In this document: one piece after another, positions 41,100 through 53,400 of the stretch | How positions within the stretch are numbered: position 1 is the stretch's first letter | Layout of the letters: each line of letters opens with the position of its first letter | Origin: Tubiluchus corallicola | Lineage: Eukaryota > Animalia > Priapulida | Reading direction: 5' to 3' | Assembly: GCA_030141605.1 (NCBI GenBank) | Contig: JAQGDQ010000635.1 | Span: 58,009 to 122,008, forward strand | Length of the DNA stretch: 64,000 nt | The notes under the pieces: generated by a model | What the model was told of the DNA's origin: nothing | Seen by the model: the letters and a program-made list of their open reading frames with translations, nothing else | The model's database searches: none | Made by a program: the position numbers and the translations under genes

Positions 41100-41552
41100 T
41101 ACTACTGTTGCTGTTGCTGTTGCTGTTGCTGCTGTTGTTGCTGTTGTTTTTTAGTTGTTATTGCTGCTGCTGTTGTTGTTGCTGTCCTTGTTGCTCTGTT
41201 GTTGCTGTCCTTGTTGCTGTGTTGTTGCTGTTGCTGTGTTGTTGCTGGTGCTGCTAGTGCTTTACTGTTGTTGCTCTTGTTGTTTTTCTTGTTATTGTTG
41301 TTGCATCTCTTGTTGTCTTTCTTTTTATTGTTGTTGCTGTTCTTATTGTTGTTGTTGTTTTGTTTTGTTTTGTTGTTATTGTTGCTGTTGTTGTTGTTGT
41401 TGTTACTGCTGCTGCTGTTGTTATTGTTGTTGTTCCTTTTGCTGTCACTGTTGTTGGTGCTGCTGCGTTGTTATTGTTGCTGTTGCTCTCTTGTTGTTGT
41501 TGTTGTTGTTATTATTGCTGTTGCTCTTTTGTTGTCGCTGCTGCTGTTGCTC
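41100..41552. repeat. (TTG/CTG)n trinucleotide array
   Basis: Directly visible. Confidence 0.92.
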
Positions 41553-41722
41553 TTGCAACCGTACAATCATCCTAATGTCGTTATGCAATGCATAAGTTAA
41601 ACAGCTTCATTGTTTATTCATTGTAATCCTACCAGTTCATTATCCCACCCACGTAATTCAATATTTTTTATTTGGTTTGGGCCAACTGAGATGCCATTAC
41701 CGCTTATAATAATCATTTTCAG

Positions 41723-41850
41723 AAATATTACCGAATGACATCAAGGGAGCTTAAGCGGCTACAGAGCGTGACATTGTCGCCGATTTATGCTCATTTTTCC
41801 GAAACGCTGACGGGTCTTTGTTCAATCCGTGCATTTCGAGCTACAGCAAG
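41723..41850 (+). CDS. ABCC10: ABCC10 coding exon 14
   Basis: [42 protein letters not shown]. Confidence 0.95.
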
Positions 41851-41944
41851 GTACGGATTAGATCATTTCATTTCGTGTGATTGTGTAATAAATGTGTCAT
41901 TTTTCTAATGACTTCTTGTAGCCTTATTCACGCTGTTATTGTAG

Positions 41945-42630
41945 TCTGGTGCTGCCATCTATGAGATGGTAAATGAAGTGGTAAGGTGCATTTTGCCAGC
42001 AATGTGTCCTGCCATCTATTGAATGTTAAATGAAGTGGTAATAACTATGCTTTTTTCTAATGACTTTATATAACCTTGTTTGCACTGTTATTGTTGTTTG
42101 GTGCTGCCATCTATGGGGTGGTAAATGAACTGGTAAAGTGCTTTGTAGCAGCATTGCGCTGTCATTTATGGGAGAGTAAATGAAGTGCTGAGTTACATTA
42201 TATCAGAGCTATCGCAGCTGCATATTAGAGGTATCAGAGCTGTGCTGCCATCTGCGGGATGGTAAATAAGTGATGAACCTGCATTGTACCAGCCCATTGC
42301 TTCATCTAGAGGATGCTGACTAAAACAGATTGCATCTTACCAGCTTATTGCTGCCATCTATTGGATGCTAAGTAAAGCAGATTGCATTGTACTAGCCTAG
42401 TGCTGCCATCTGTGTGATGCTAAATAAAGCAGGTCGCGTTGTACCAGCTCACTGCTGCCATCCATGGGTTCTAGATAAAATATATTGGATGTACCAGCCT
42501 GGTACTGTCTTGTGTGGGATGGTAAATGAAGCATTATTTTGCATTGTACCAGGCTAGTGCTGTCACCTATGGGATGCTAAAAAAAGTGGAATTGTGCTTA
42601 GTTCCAGGCTAGTGCTGCCATGTGTAGGAT
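41945..42630. repeat. Old degenerate tandem array (about 12 units, mostly 52-56 bp) with GCTGCCATCTATGGG core
   Basis: Core recurs near 41951, 42009, 42103, 42158, 42244, 42299, 42350, 42402, 42455, 42559 and 42614. Confidence 0.75.
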
Positions 42631-43040
42631 CTTTTGTAAGGGTTCAGACTTGCGTTTGTAAAATATGAACCGCAGTATAACCTAAGCCCATCATTTATAT
42701 CAACTAATTGCGATGCGACTTGTCTGGTTTGCCCTTTCAAACGACTTCACCTTTACACCTTTCCTTTTTTCCCTGATGTCATCAAACCTGGAAAGTAAGT
42801 CAACTCTGTAAGTTTCCAAAGAAGTTTCTCAAATGAACTTCTGATCGTTGGCCCTTATGAGTTGCGGTCTTAAATTGAATGCTTCTTCCCTTGGAGGCAT
42901 TTTAAGCTTTCGTAGATTTTTTTGATCTTTACATTGACAACTGCTGAAGTGTTTCATAATGCATTGTAGTTACCGCTTGAAGTTTCTGCTGATTTTTATA
43001 AAATTAAAACTAGTCAGTTTTTTACAGCTACTTAAAAATA

Positions 43041-43908
43041 TTTATAGTTGAAAATAACACAACTTTATTAAAACTTTTACATCACATCGACTCGTTTGAA
43101 TTTATAGTTAAAAACATTACAAGAAAATTGAAAGCTTTTACATTAAAAAGTTAAAAGTTAAAATAATGCCAAATGTTTTGACGGGCTGCTGCTGTCATCA
43201 TCAGTGGTAAATTAAAAACATACAACTTACAAGCAGTCAGCTGAGACTTATTAATAAAAAAAGGTTTATCTACGTACCCTAGTAAGCTTTCTCTTAATGT
43301 ACAACGCAGTTCAATTCTTTCAACTTTATTTTCAAACACTTAGGTATTTGTTACTGTATCAATTTCTTTACTGGTCTGTTTATTCATTACCTGTTTGGCT
43401 TCTGTTAACTACTTAATTAGTGCATAAGTTACTGTATCAATTTCTTTACTGGTCTGTTTATTCCTTACCTGTTTGGCTTCTGTTAACTACATAATTAGTG
43501 CATAAGTTACTGTATCAATTTCTTTACTGGTCTGTTTATTCCTTACCTGTTTGGCTTCTGTTAACTACTTAATTAGCGCATAAGTTACTGTATCAATTTC
43601 TTTTGTACCAGTCTACTTGTTCATTGTCTATTTGGCTTCTGCTAAATACATAATTAGTGCATAAGTTACTGTATCAATTTCTTTACTGGTCTGTTTATTC
43701 CTTACCTGTTTGGCTTCTGTTAACTACTTAATTAGTGCATAATAGGCTCTGCCTTTATAAACTGATTGAATGTTTGTAAATTTGCCACTGATGACGACAG
43801 CAGCAGCCAGTGGAAACGTTTGGCATAATTTTAACTTTTAACTTTTAATGTAAAAATTTTCAACAAAGTGGTTTTGTTTTTAACTATAAATTCGAACGAG
43901 TCGATGTG
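43041..43908 (+). mobile_element. Penelope-like non-autonomous element with inverted terminal copies, hammerhead motifs and an internal ~78-bp x5 array
   Basis: 43083-43225 is inverted relative to 43767-43908; hammerhead-like cores at 43784-43824 (+) and 43168-43207 (-); tandem unit at 43351-43742. Confidence 0.65.
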
Positions 43909-44713
43909 TGAAGTCCTACCATCTTAACACATCTTGTTTGCCACTTTCTCTCCTACTTTGCATAAGAATTGACAAAATTACTAATAAGACCTGATCCAAG
44001 ATTTCAACACATTCTGCTAAAAGATGCTCAATGGAGTTCAAAAGAGCTGTGTTCTAGAGGAGCCCTCCGATTCCCATTTCTTCTTCAATATTTATGCTAA
44101 TCATGATAATTAAGTTACTCTTTGAGACGCTATTGCTGACACGTACGTCGTTCTAAATGATCTGGCGACAAGAACAGATCGTAATTACGTTAAACTGCTT
44201 AAGATCAGAGAACTCCTGTTATGAATATTAATGCAGCACGGTTGCAGTGTGTAACATAATCAATAGGCAGCAGGTTGTTTGACTGTCATCACGTTTTATT
44301 ATATTCAGTAGACAGCACGTTGTTTGACCGTCAATGTGTTTTATGAGAATCGTAAAATTATTGTTATTAATAACTGTCAGTCTGTCTATATCCGACATTT
44401 CTAATTATCAATGTTATTGCTTTTTGTCCTCATCTGGTCATTGTCACGGTCACTGACAGAAGCAGTGATCGCAGTAATACCGATAATGATGATTATGACA
44501 ATGATGGATGCCACAAAAGCAAGAAAGATGAAGAGACTGATTTAGTAACCTGGCTATGATAAAATAATATCTTTCCAGCATCATTGTTTTCATAATTGTC
44601 ATCATCATTGTTGTTTTTTATAGTGTTTGTTGTGAATAACTTCTTGTCATTGTCTACAAACGATTTCTGCTTTTTAAATTCATTCCAGAATCATCTCCAG
44701 TTTCCTGTTTCAG

Positions 44714-44883
44714 ATTCATGCATGAAAATCAGCAACTTCTGGAAATTAATCAAAAAGTTGTCTACGCCGGCACTGTTGCGGGCCAGTGGCTGAGCCTGCG
44801 CTTGCAGATGCTCGGCGTTGCCATGGTAACGGGCGTGGCATTTATCGCCGTTTTGGAACATCATTATCAGACCGTAAGCCCAG
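44714..44883 (+). CDS. ABCC10: ABCC10 coding exon 15
   Basis: FMHENQQLLEINQK..QWLSLRLQMLGVAMVTGVAFIAVLEHH..P. Confidence 0.95.
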
Positions 44884-44976
44884 GTATTTGCATAAACTCA
44901 TTACTGCTAATGCTTTGTGTTTATAGCTTACTAACTATGCACATGTCCTGCCTTGATTACAAAAAAGCTGGATACC

Positions 44977-45100
44977 TGTGTAGTTAAGATGAAGGAGATA
45001 TAGCTCGCTTCCCACTCGGGAGGTCGCGGGTTCAACTCTAGACCGAGTCGTACCGAAGACTTAAGAAATGATATCACTTCTTCTTAGACCAAGCACATGA
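44977..45100 (+). mobile_element. tRNA-derived SINE fragment
   Basis: B-box GGGTTCAACTC followed by CCGAGTCGTACCGAAGACTTAAGAAATG, which from recall resembles a conserved SINE core (Meta-domain-like). Confidence 0.4.
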
Positions 45101-45292
45101 GTTTATCAAAATGTGGATAATAATAATGGGAAATAAGTATTGTGTTACTAAAGCTGTTATCCTTGGACAATGTTCTAAAGGAAAATTAATGTTATCTAGC
45201 ATTTTGTAATGTCTAACATCTATTGTATAGTACCACCGAAACTAATGTGTGTTACATAATATTAGGCAAAACATACATACAGCTAGTTAACA

Positions 45293-45459
45293 ATATACAT
45301 ACATACATACATACATACATACATACATCTATACCTACCTACCTACCTACCTACCTACCTACCTACCTACCTACCTACCTACCTACCTACCTACCTACCT
45401 ACCTACCTACATACATACATACATACATACATACATACATACATACATACATACATACA

Positions 45460-45494
<35 letters not shown>

Positions 45495-45512
45495 GTATAT
45501 ATATATATATAT
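45293..45512. repeat. (ATAC)n-(CTAC)n-(ATAC)n-(TA)n compound microsatellite
   Basis: Directly visible. Confidence 0.95.
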
Positions 45513-46148
45513 CTGTATAAAATTCAAGGCTACAGCTCTGACGATGGCACCATCTACAGGGATTGATAATAACAATATATGAACAATAAATAGCAATAAT
45601 ATTAACAACAACAACAATAATAATAATAATAGTAATATTATATAATGTTAATTGTTGTTGTTATTATTATTATTATTATTACATTGAATTTATATCACTA
45701 GGGCCATGGTTCAAATCAAGCCGACAATTCTGGATCTATTCATTTATGTTGATTGCTTATTTATGGCAGCCAGATGCAAGTTTTCAGATTCACACAGTTG
45801 CGTCATAAATTTAATGAGGATTCTGTGTACGAGGCTTTTGTTGACTAACTAATAACATAATGATTCCACGTATCAGTTTCCAACGTAAATGTCAATGTCG
45901 TTTGAATGTCATAAAGTAATTTTCCTTCCCAGATGGTTAATAAATTTGCGGAAATAAATCCAATCTTCGTTGAACGTTTATTTACCGGACAGAGCATTAA
46001 TTCCGTTTACAGTGTGATTTTAATGTGTTCTGGTTAATCCCAAGTGTCTCAAATGTTGCGCATATGTACATATAATGTTAAATTAATCCAAAATGATAAA
46101 ATTTTCCGCTTGCATTGGAGTCATATTCTGAAGACTATTTCATCATTT

Positions 46149-46490
46149 TTGTTACTCATTGGCTAGATCATTGCTTCCCAACCTTGGGGTCACGAAGCAC
46201 TTTTATGTCTTGGGTTAGTCCAAAAACTATTTGCTGTTTGAATGAAAATATGTAAGTAGGTCTTTTTTCACAGTCTGCCATTACTTCAGTGCAACAATCA
46301 CATTAATTAAATAATGAAACAATCACTCATTGTTCAATAATTTGCTGAACAGTAAGTTAAAATTAATAAACGTGAACGATAATGATGTGTAACAATCACG
46401 TAATGACACGTGATTATGTTCTTCGTGTGGTCGCGATATGATGCAGGATTCTGGAAATGGGTCAACGTCAAAAAGGTTGGAAACCACGGG
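46149..46490. mobile_element. Degenerate hAT-like MITE
   Basis: Imperfect TIR CATTGCTTCCCAACCTT...AAGGTTGGAAACCACGG. Confidence 0.4.
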
Positions 46491-46721
46491 GCTAGATGGA
46501 ATAAATGTACATCAGTAATGTAATCTACAAACAATGTTGCAAACTACATATGTGCAAAGTACATATGAACAAAATTACATATGAGCAAACCACATTAGTT
46601 ACGTGAAAATTACATGAATGCAAACTTTCATATAAGTTTTCACTTCAACACCAAATTGCTTGCAGGATAATCAAAAATCCGTCTGACATTTGCTAGAGGA
46701 ACACACACAGAGAGAGAAGAG

Positions 46722-47160
46722 TATGTGCTTCAAACATGGAATGTTTCTTCACTCTTTGAAGAATATTAACAGCATGGATGATGACCAGTAAGATGTTGAA
46801 CCTCTGACATATGTGCTTCAAACATGGAATGTTTCTTCACTCTTTGAAGAACATTAACAGCATAGATGACGAGCAGTAAGATGTTGAACCTCTGACATAT
46901 GTGCTTCAAACATGGAATGGCTCTTCACTCTTTGAAGAACATTAGCAGCATAGATGATGAGCAGTAAGATGTTGAACCTCCGGCATATGTGCTTCAAACA
47001 TGGAATTTTTCTTCACTCTTTGAAGAACATTAACAGCGTGGATGATGAGCAGTAAGGTGTTGAACCGCCGACATATGTGCTTCAAACATGGAATGGCTCT
47101 TCACTCTTTGAAGAACATTAACAGCATGGATGATGAGCAGTAAGATGTTGAACCTATGAC
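46722..47160. repeat. 88-bp tandem repeat, 5 copies
   Basis: Unit TATGTGCTTCAAACATGGAATG...GTAAGATGTTGAACCTCTGACA. Confidence 0.92.
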
Positions 47161-48793
47161 AGACACGTTTGAATTGTGAAACGTATCATGGTTTCCGTGA
47201 TTGGCCAGTAAACAAGTCTACTCAAGTTTACCAACTTTTTTTGATTGTCCATAATTAAATTAGCTTTCTTTGAAGCCCTACTAAAAGAAAAGAAACCACA
47301 AGGAAAACAGCTGTTGACTTACGCTAATTTCATCCAAATGAATCTCATCAACACACCATCAGATTTCAAAAATACAGAGACGTGGAAGGTTGGGATTGAT
47401 AGAGCAGCATTGACTAAAGTGATTGCAAGAATCATGTCAGATGACAGGTGAATCCAGAAATGAACAAAAAGTGACCAACCTTTCCGAATATTTTTAAGCA
47501 AAAGTCATTCAGAAATTACTACAATGGCAAATGAGCCCAGATGCAGACACAGTCTTAAGTTCAGTCTTAACCTCCATGTCTAATTTCATCCTGATCCCCA
47601 TGACAACGTCAGCAGCACCTGTTTTAGTTGTCAAGCAAAAAGGAGTGTCAAATGCGGAGAAGAATTCGACAATCAAAAACAACATTACAGAAAAACACTA
47701 CAACAATAAGCCTTTTCACGGTTCCAGCGACTGATGATGATCGTGAAAAGGTCAAAGGTTAACTGTACCAGACGAGATATTTATGTACACTCTACAATGC
47801 TTCGCAGCCGACGCTGTTGCAATAGTAACAGGTTTAACAGCTAGCTAGAATCTTACCTAGTTCATTTTTTCTTCTTTCCGAGCAAGATCGTGCAAGTAAA
47901 TCACTCTATGCACAAACTAATGTATAATTAGCTAAAGTCCATAAAAACAACTGACGTTACTGAACTGATGCAGCAGACGGTTTGCTTTGCCCACATGGCA
48001 CGTGATGATTGCAGTAAAGACATTTTCCTATGGTACATTTAACTATTGACCTACAGCGACTGCGTGTGTTGACAACGAAACTGTGAAAGGGCTTATTCAT
48101 ATGCAAAATGTTACGCATACGTCACTTTACTGACCTCGTGTGCACAATTTTACCGATGTGAAACTATCATCAGCCGGTTTTCGTACTCAATTTACCCTGC
48201 AAATCTTGGACTTAGTTTAACATTTGACCCCAGATAAGATCCAGCTTGTGTATGTAATGTAAAGCAGGTTTGAATCTCAGCATTTACAGTGCATGAAGAG
48301 ACAAGAACAGTCAGACTAGTACCAAGACCTCAAGTTGGAAAACACAACTGTAATAAACATTCTTTATTGTCGTGGTTTTTGAATACGTTTATAAAGGTAC
48401 GTTCTTTTGTGGCTAGTTGAGGTATTCAGAGTGAACATTTGCACTTGCTGAGAACAAAACTCAGGAGTCACTCCGCACAAAGTCAGTAACCAGTGGTCAA
48501 TACTTTTTAAAGATGACTGAATTCAAGTTCTACGGAGACTAGATTTTATGAGAGAATATTCTGAATTGACATAACAATTCTATTCTATTCCGCTAAATAC
48601 ATGCATGTGGGATGAGGCCAACACTCCAAGTGAACAGTCCAAATTGCAACCACATGAAAATGTTGATGGAAGTGTGCTGAATGTTTGACTTGCAAGTTGT
48701 ATGTACTCTGGTGCCAGTACATGTGTAGCTTGCACATATGTAGTGTATTCGTATGTGCTTGCAGTTTTCATATATGTAGCGTGCCGTCCACTA

Positions 48794-48913
48794 GACTACG
48801 GCCATATCACGTTGAAAACACCGGTTCTCGTCTGATCATCAAAGTTAAGCAATGTAGAGCCTGGTTAGGACTTGCATGGGTGACTGCCTAGGAATACCAG
48901 GTGCTGTAGGCTT
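48794..48913 (+). pseudogene. 5S rRNA-derived sequence (diverged; head of a SINE)
   Basis: 120 nt GACTACGGCCATATCACGTTGAAAACACCGGTTCTCGTC..GGAATACCAGGTGCTGTAGGCTT is collinear with animal 5S rRNA, with many CpG-type changes and no TTTT terminator. Confidence 0.88.
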
Positions 48914-49375
48914 GCGGATGCCCACATTGTATCTCGACACTAAGCAGAGGAGCTGCACAAGCAGCCAATGGCTAGAGGGCGGAGGAGCTGCACAAGCAGC
49001 CAACGGCTAGAGGGCGGAGGAGGTCAAGTTACCCAATGACCATGTGTAGAGGAGTAAACTTTCCAAATTAGGAGTGGAGCCTCGAAGGCGGACCAGTGCA
49101 GCATGCTCACTGACTCCGGCAGCTCCTGTAGCCAACCTGGTGCCAAACGTATTGCTCCGCTTTCGTTTGGACTACACCAACGAGGAAGAGAGGGGGTTCC
49201 TGTTGTCTGGGCAACTCAGGATCTCCATACACCTTACCCAGGCATGCGCCCTGGAGACGTTCAAGGATCGCACTGCTCAGCCACAGTCTATGCTGCAGCT
49301 CCATCAACGTGATCGATAACTGACTCTCTTGGCGCACACTCCATTGCCTTCTGAGACAGAAGGATGCTAACCAAC
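48794..49375 (+). mobile_element. 5S rRNA-derived SINE (SINE3-type) with GC-rich body
   Basis: The 5S head runs directly into a ~460-bp body that recurs at 40424-40683; internal ~33-bp duplication. Confidence 0.7.
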
Positions 49376-49549
49376 TATTTCGACCAGCATGCACATATGT
49401 AGTGAGTTCATAAGTGCTTGTACATATATAGTTGGCATGTATGTACCTTGTACATATGCAATTTGAACTTGTTCTTGTCCATTTATAATCTGCACGTATG
49501 TAGTTTCAACATCAATGCAAACTTATATGTAATAGTATGTCACATTTAG

Positions 49550-49710
49550 GTTTAGTGGGTTTGGCCATTTCGTACGCACTGTCCATCACTAACCTGCTAA
49601 GTGGACTGATCTATTCTTTCACGGAGACAGAGAAACAGATGGTCAGTGTTGAACGTGCTCAAGAGTACATAGATGAGGTGCCAAGAGAGAGGCAACAAGG
49701 AGTTCTTTCT
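49550..49710 (+). CDS. ABCC10: ABCC10 coding exon 16
   Basis: GLVGLAISYALSITNLLSGLIYSFTETEKQMVSVERAQEY. Confidence 0.95.
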
Positions 49711-49902
49711 GTAAGTTCATTTACAGTTTCTTAAGCAAACTCCTTGTTTTTGTGAATGTGTTAAAATAGTTTCTATGGGTATTGAAATAATTTATCTGAC
49801 ACTGTTAATTAAAATTGTCCTGTAAATAGTTTTTAATTGTAAAAATTGATCTGTAATATAAAAACATGTAATTATTATGGAGAATATATCTACTACACTT
49901 GG

Positions 49903-50870
<968 letters not shown>

Positions 50871-50981
50871 CACACATTTCTTGTTGTTTATCATTGTTAC
50901 CCATATTACTCATTGTTCTTTGAGAGTAATGTTTGTCATTCCATCGCTGTTGCTGTTGCTATTATTGTTATTATCGTTAAG

Positions 50982-51238
50982 GTCCTCTCTTCTCTCTGGC
51001 CACATGAGGGCATTGTTGTCTTCTCAGACGTCCACCTCAAGTACAGGGAGAACTTACCATTTGCCTTAACTGGCGTCTCTTTCCAAACATGTCCGGGAGA
51101 GAAGATCGGCATCGTGGGAAGAACAGGATCGGGAAAGTCCAGTCTGGTCATGGTGTTACTGAGGATGGTGGAAATTCATAGCGGAAGCATCACCGTAGAT
51201 GGAATTGATTTAAAACAGCTCAGCTTGTATGATATAAG
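50982..51238 (+). CDS. ABCC10: ABCC10 coding exon 17 (NBD2 Walker A)
   Basis: WPHEGIVVFSDVHLKYRENLPFALTGVSF..GEKIGIVGRTGSGKSSL. Confidence 0.95.
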
Positions 51239-51395
51239 GTAAGGGATATCAGACTTTAAACAACCTTCTACCGACCTTATATGGTAAAAATTTATTAATT
51301 AATATCCATTCAGTCAGAAATTGTGAAAAAGTGAAAGAGCTGTCAGATGTTTCAGGTGAAAAAATGAAAAAAGCAAAAAACTACTAAAACTTTTT

Positions 51396-51810
51396 GAAGG
51401 AGTTTACGATTCCCCACACAGTTTAAGTTCCCTAACCTTAGCCCTAACCTAACACTAACCCTGACCCTAACTCTAACCCTAACACTAACACTAACTCCTA
51501 CACTAACTCTAACCCTAACACAAACCCTGACCCTAACTCTAACACTAACCCAAACCCTGACCCTAACTCTAACCCTAACACTAACCCCTACCCTAGCATT
51601 AGCCCTAACACAAACCCTGATGCTAACTCTAACCCTAACTCTAACACTAGCCCTAACCCTGACCTTAATCCTAACCTTAACACTAACCTCTACCCTAACT
51701 CTAACCCTAACCCTGACCCTAACTCTGACCCTATTCCTAACCCTAACCCTAACTCTAACCCTAACCCTAACTCTAACCCTATTCCTAACTCTAACCCTCA
51801 TACTAACCCC
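51396..51810. repeat. Second telomere-like array with the same left terminus as 8547-9678
   Basis: GAAGGAGTTTACGATTCCCCACACAGTTTAAGTTCCCTAAC followed by CCCTAA variants; right terminus not seen. Confidence 0.85.
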
Positions 51811-51874
51811 AGGCCAAGCCCAAATCTTCGCCATTTACTGGATTTAAACGTAACTTCAATGTGCTCTTGCAAAG

Positions 51875-52238
51875 TCCTTAGCAACCACACTTTCATAGGA
51901 TTGCTAAGTGTTTTGTACAGATACGAGAAAAAACAATGGCTGACTTTAACAGTGATTTTCTTAAGATTATTTTTACTGGGCAACCTGCACCTCGACTTCA
52001 ACGTGGATTATCTCAGCTTAGAAATAACATAAAGCAAGGAGCTTGGTATCAAAATGATCCTCACGAAATGGAGATTCAGGATAAGTGAATAACTAAAAAA
52101 ATTTAGTTGCCGACTTATGGACGATTTTGCTGTGCAAACATACAGGTGGTAGAAAGTGCCAAATTCTAGAAAGAAGAATTATCTGAAAAACAAACTTCCA
52201 TTGTCTAAATAACTGTGGCAGACAGAATAATAGTTAAC
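51875..52238 (-). mobile_element. MITE family C fragment plus shared flank
   Basis: Reverse match to about 24605-24980. Confidence 0.6.
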
Positions 52239-52510
52239 AGGCACACATGCACGCACGCACGCCCGCACACACACACGTATATAGATATATATAAGCCTTA
52301 TGTTTCTTAATTGTTTTATTAATACCTCATAAAGTACAGTCATAAGTTATAACCGGTGCTGTGTTGTTTTAAATAATTTATGAAGACAGTTAACACCATG
52401 TCTTCGCCATATTAGACTTTTGTGATTTTGTATTGTGGATTTTGATATTACCGCATGTTTCACAAACCTTCTGAGCGTTATTTTCTTCAACTTTAAACTT
52501 TTTGTTTCAG

Positions 52511-52589
52511 ATCGAGGTTTGCCGTCATTCCCCAGGATCCTTTCCTGTTCGCCGGGACTGTCCGGGAAAATCTTGATCCAGAGTGCAAG
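52511..52589 (+). CDS. ABCC10: ABCC10 coding exon 18 (NBD2 Q-loop), last exon visible
   Basis: [27 protein letters not shown], donor GTACTT at 52590. Confidence 0.93.
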
Positions 52590-53400
52590 GTACTTTTATT
52601 TTCTGTAATTCTGCGTTATATTTTAGAGCATCGTCCTTTTGCTGTATGGCTGAGTTTGAACTTTATGTTTCAAATTTGCTGTCTCTGTGTAATCTCAGAG
52701 CTGCACCGTTTCAGCTGAGCTCCAGCCGGTTGATTTCAACAGTCGACCAAGCCGATTAAGAAATCCATCTTTAGTCGCGCCAGCCGCTCAGTGATGAGAG
52801 TCGAGCTAGCCGACATTTTTGCCGGCTGCGAAGATCTTCGCTTTTGCAAGCAAGCCGTTGGCATAGCAGTGTCTAGTTTTTTGCCGGATTTCTGCTGTGG
52901 TTACCTATCTTGAGGTTGGATTTTTTGTCATTTTGCAATTCTGCCTGCCCAATGTCTACAGTAGATGTAATGAGTATACGGTGATGTTGAAATCACTGGT
53001 TGAAATACAGCAAATGCATACAGTCGTGCGCTGGCAGAGATACTAAACTTTAGAAATATTTTAATGATAAAGCTGTCAATTCCAAATTAATACAAATAGA
53101 CAACGTTAGTCACACGTATGGGACAAAGTATGGATAATCAAGATAAGCCTCACCAAGAGTTGGATTTAAATTATATTTTCAATAAATCCATTGCTTTTTA
53201 TCATAACAGAAAATTGGTCTCTAATGTATTATTTGAATTGCACATCAGCTTTTTCTGTAAATAAACAACACGAATCATTTTAAAAAATTGTCTTCATAAT
53301 TTAATAGCGAACTATCAATTTATCATTTAGTTAGCTAACAAAACTTCGCAGCTTTAGCTGATTTTTCTTTAAGCCAACTCAGCTGAAAAGTCAGTCACCC

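Noticed and set aside
46722-47160. Tandem C/D-box snoRNAs (ATGATGA...CTGA in the 88-bp units)
   Set aside because: The boxes are only about 19 nt apart, CTGA is lost in several copies, and there is no terminal stem or recognisable rRNA guide.
48794-48913. Functional 5S rRNA gene
   Set aside because: Many substitutions, no oligo-T terminator, single copy fused to a repeat body.
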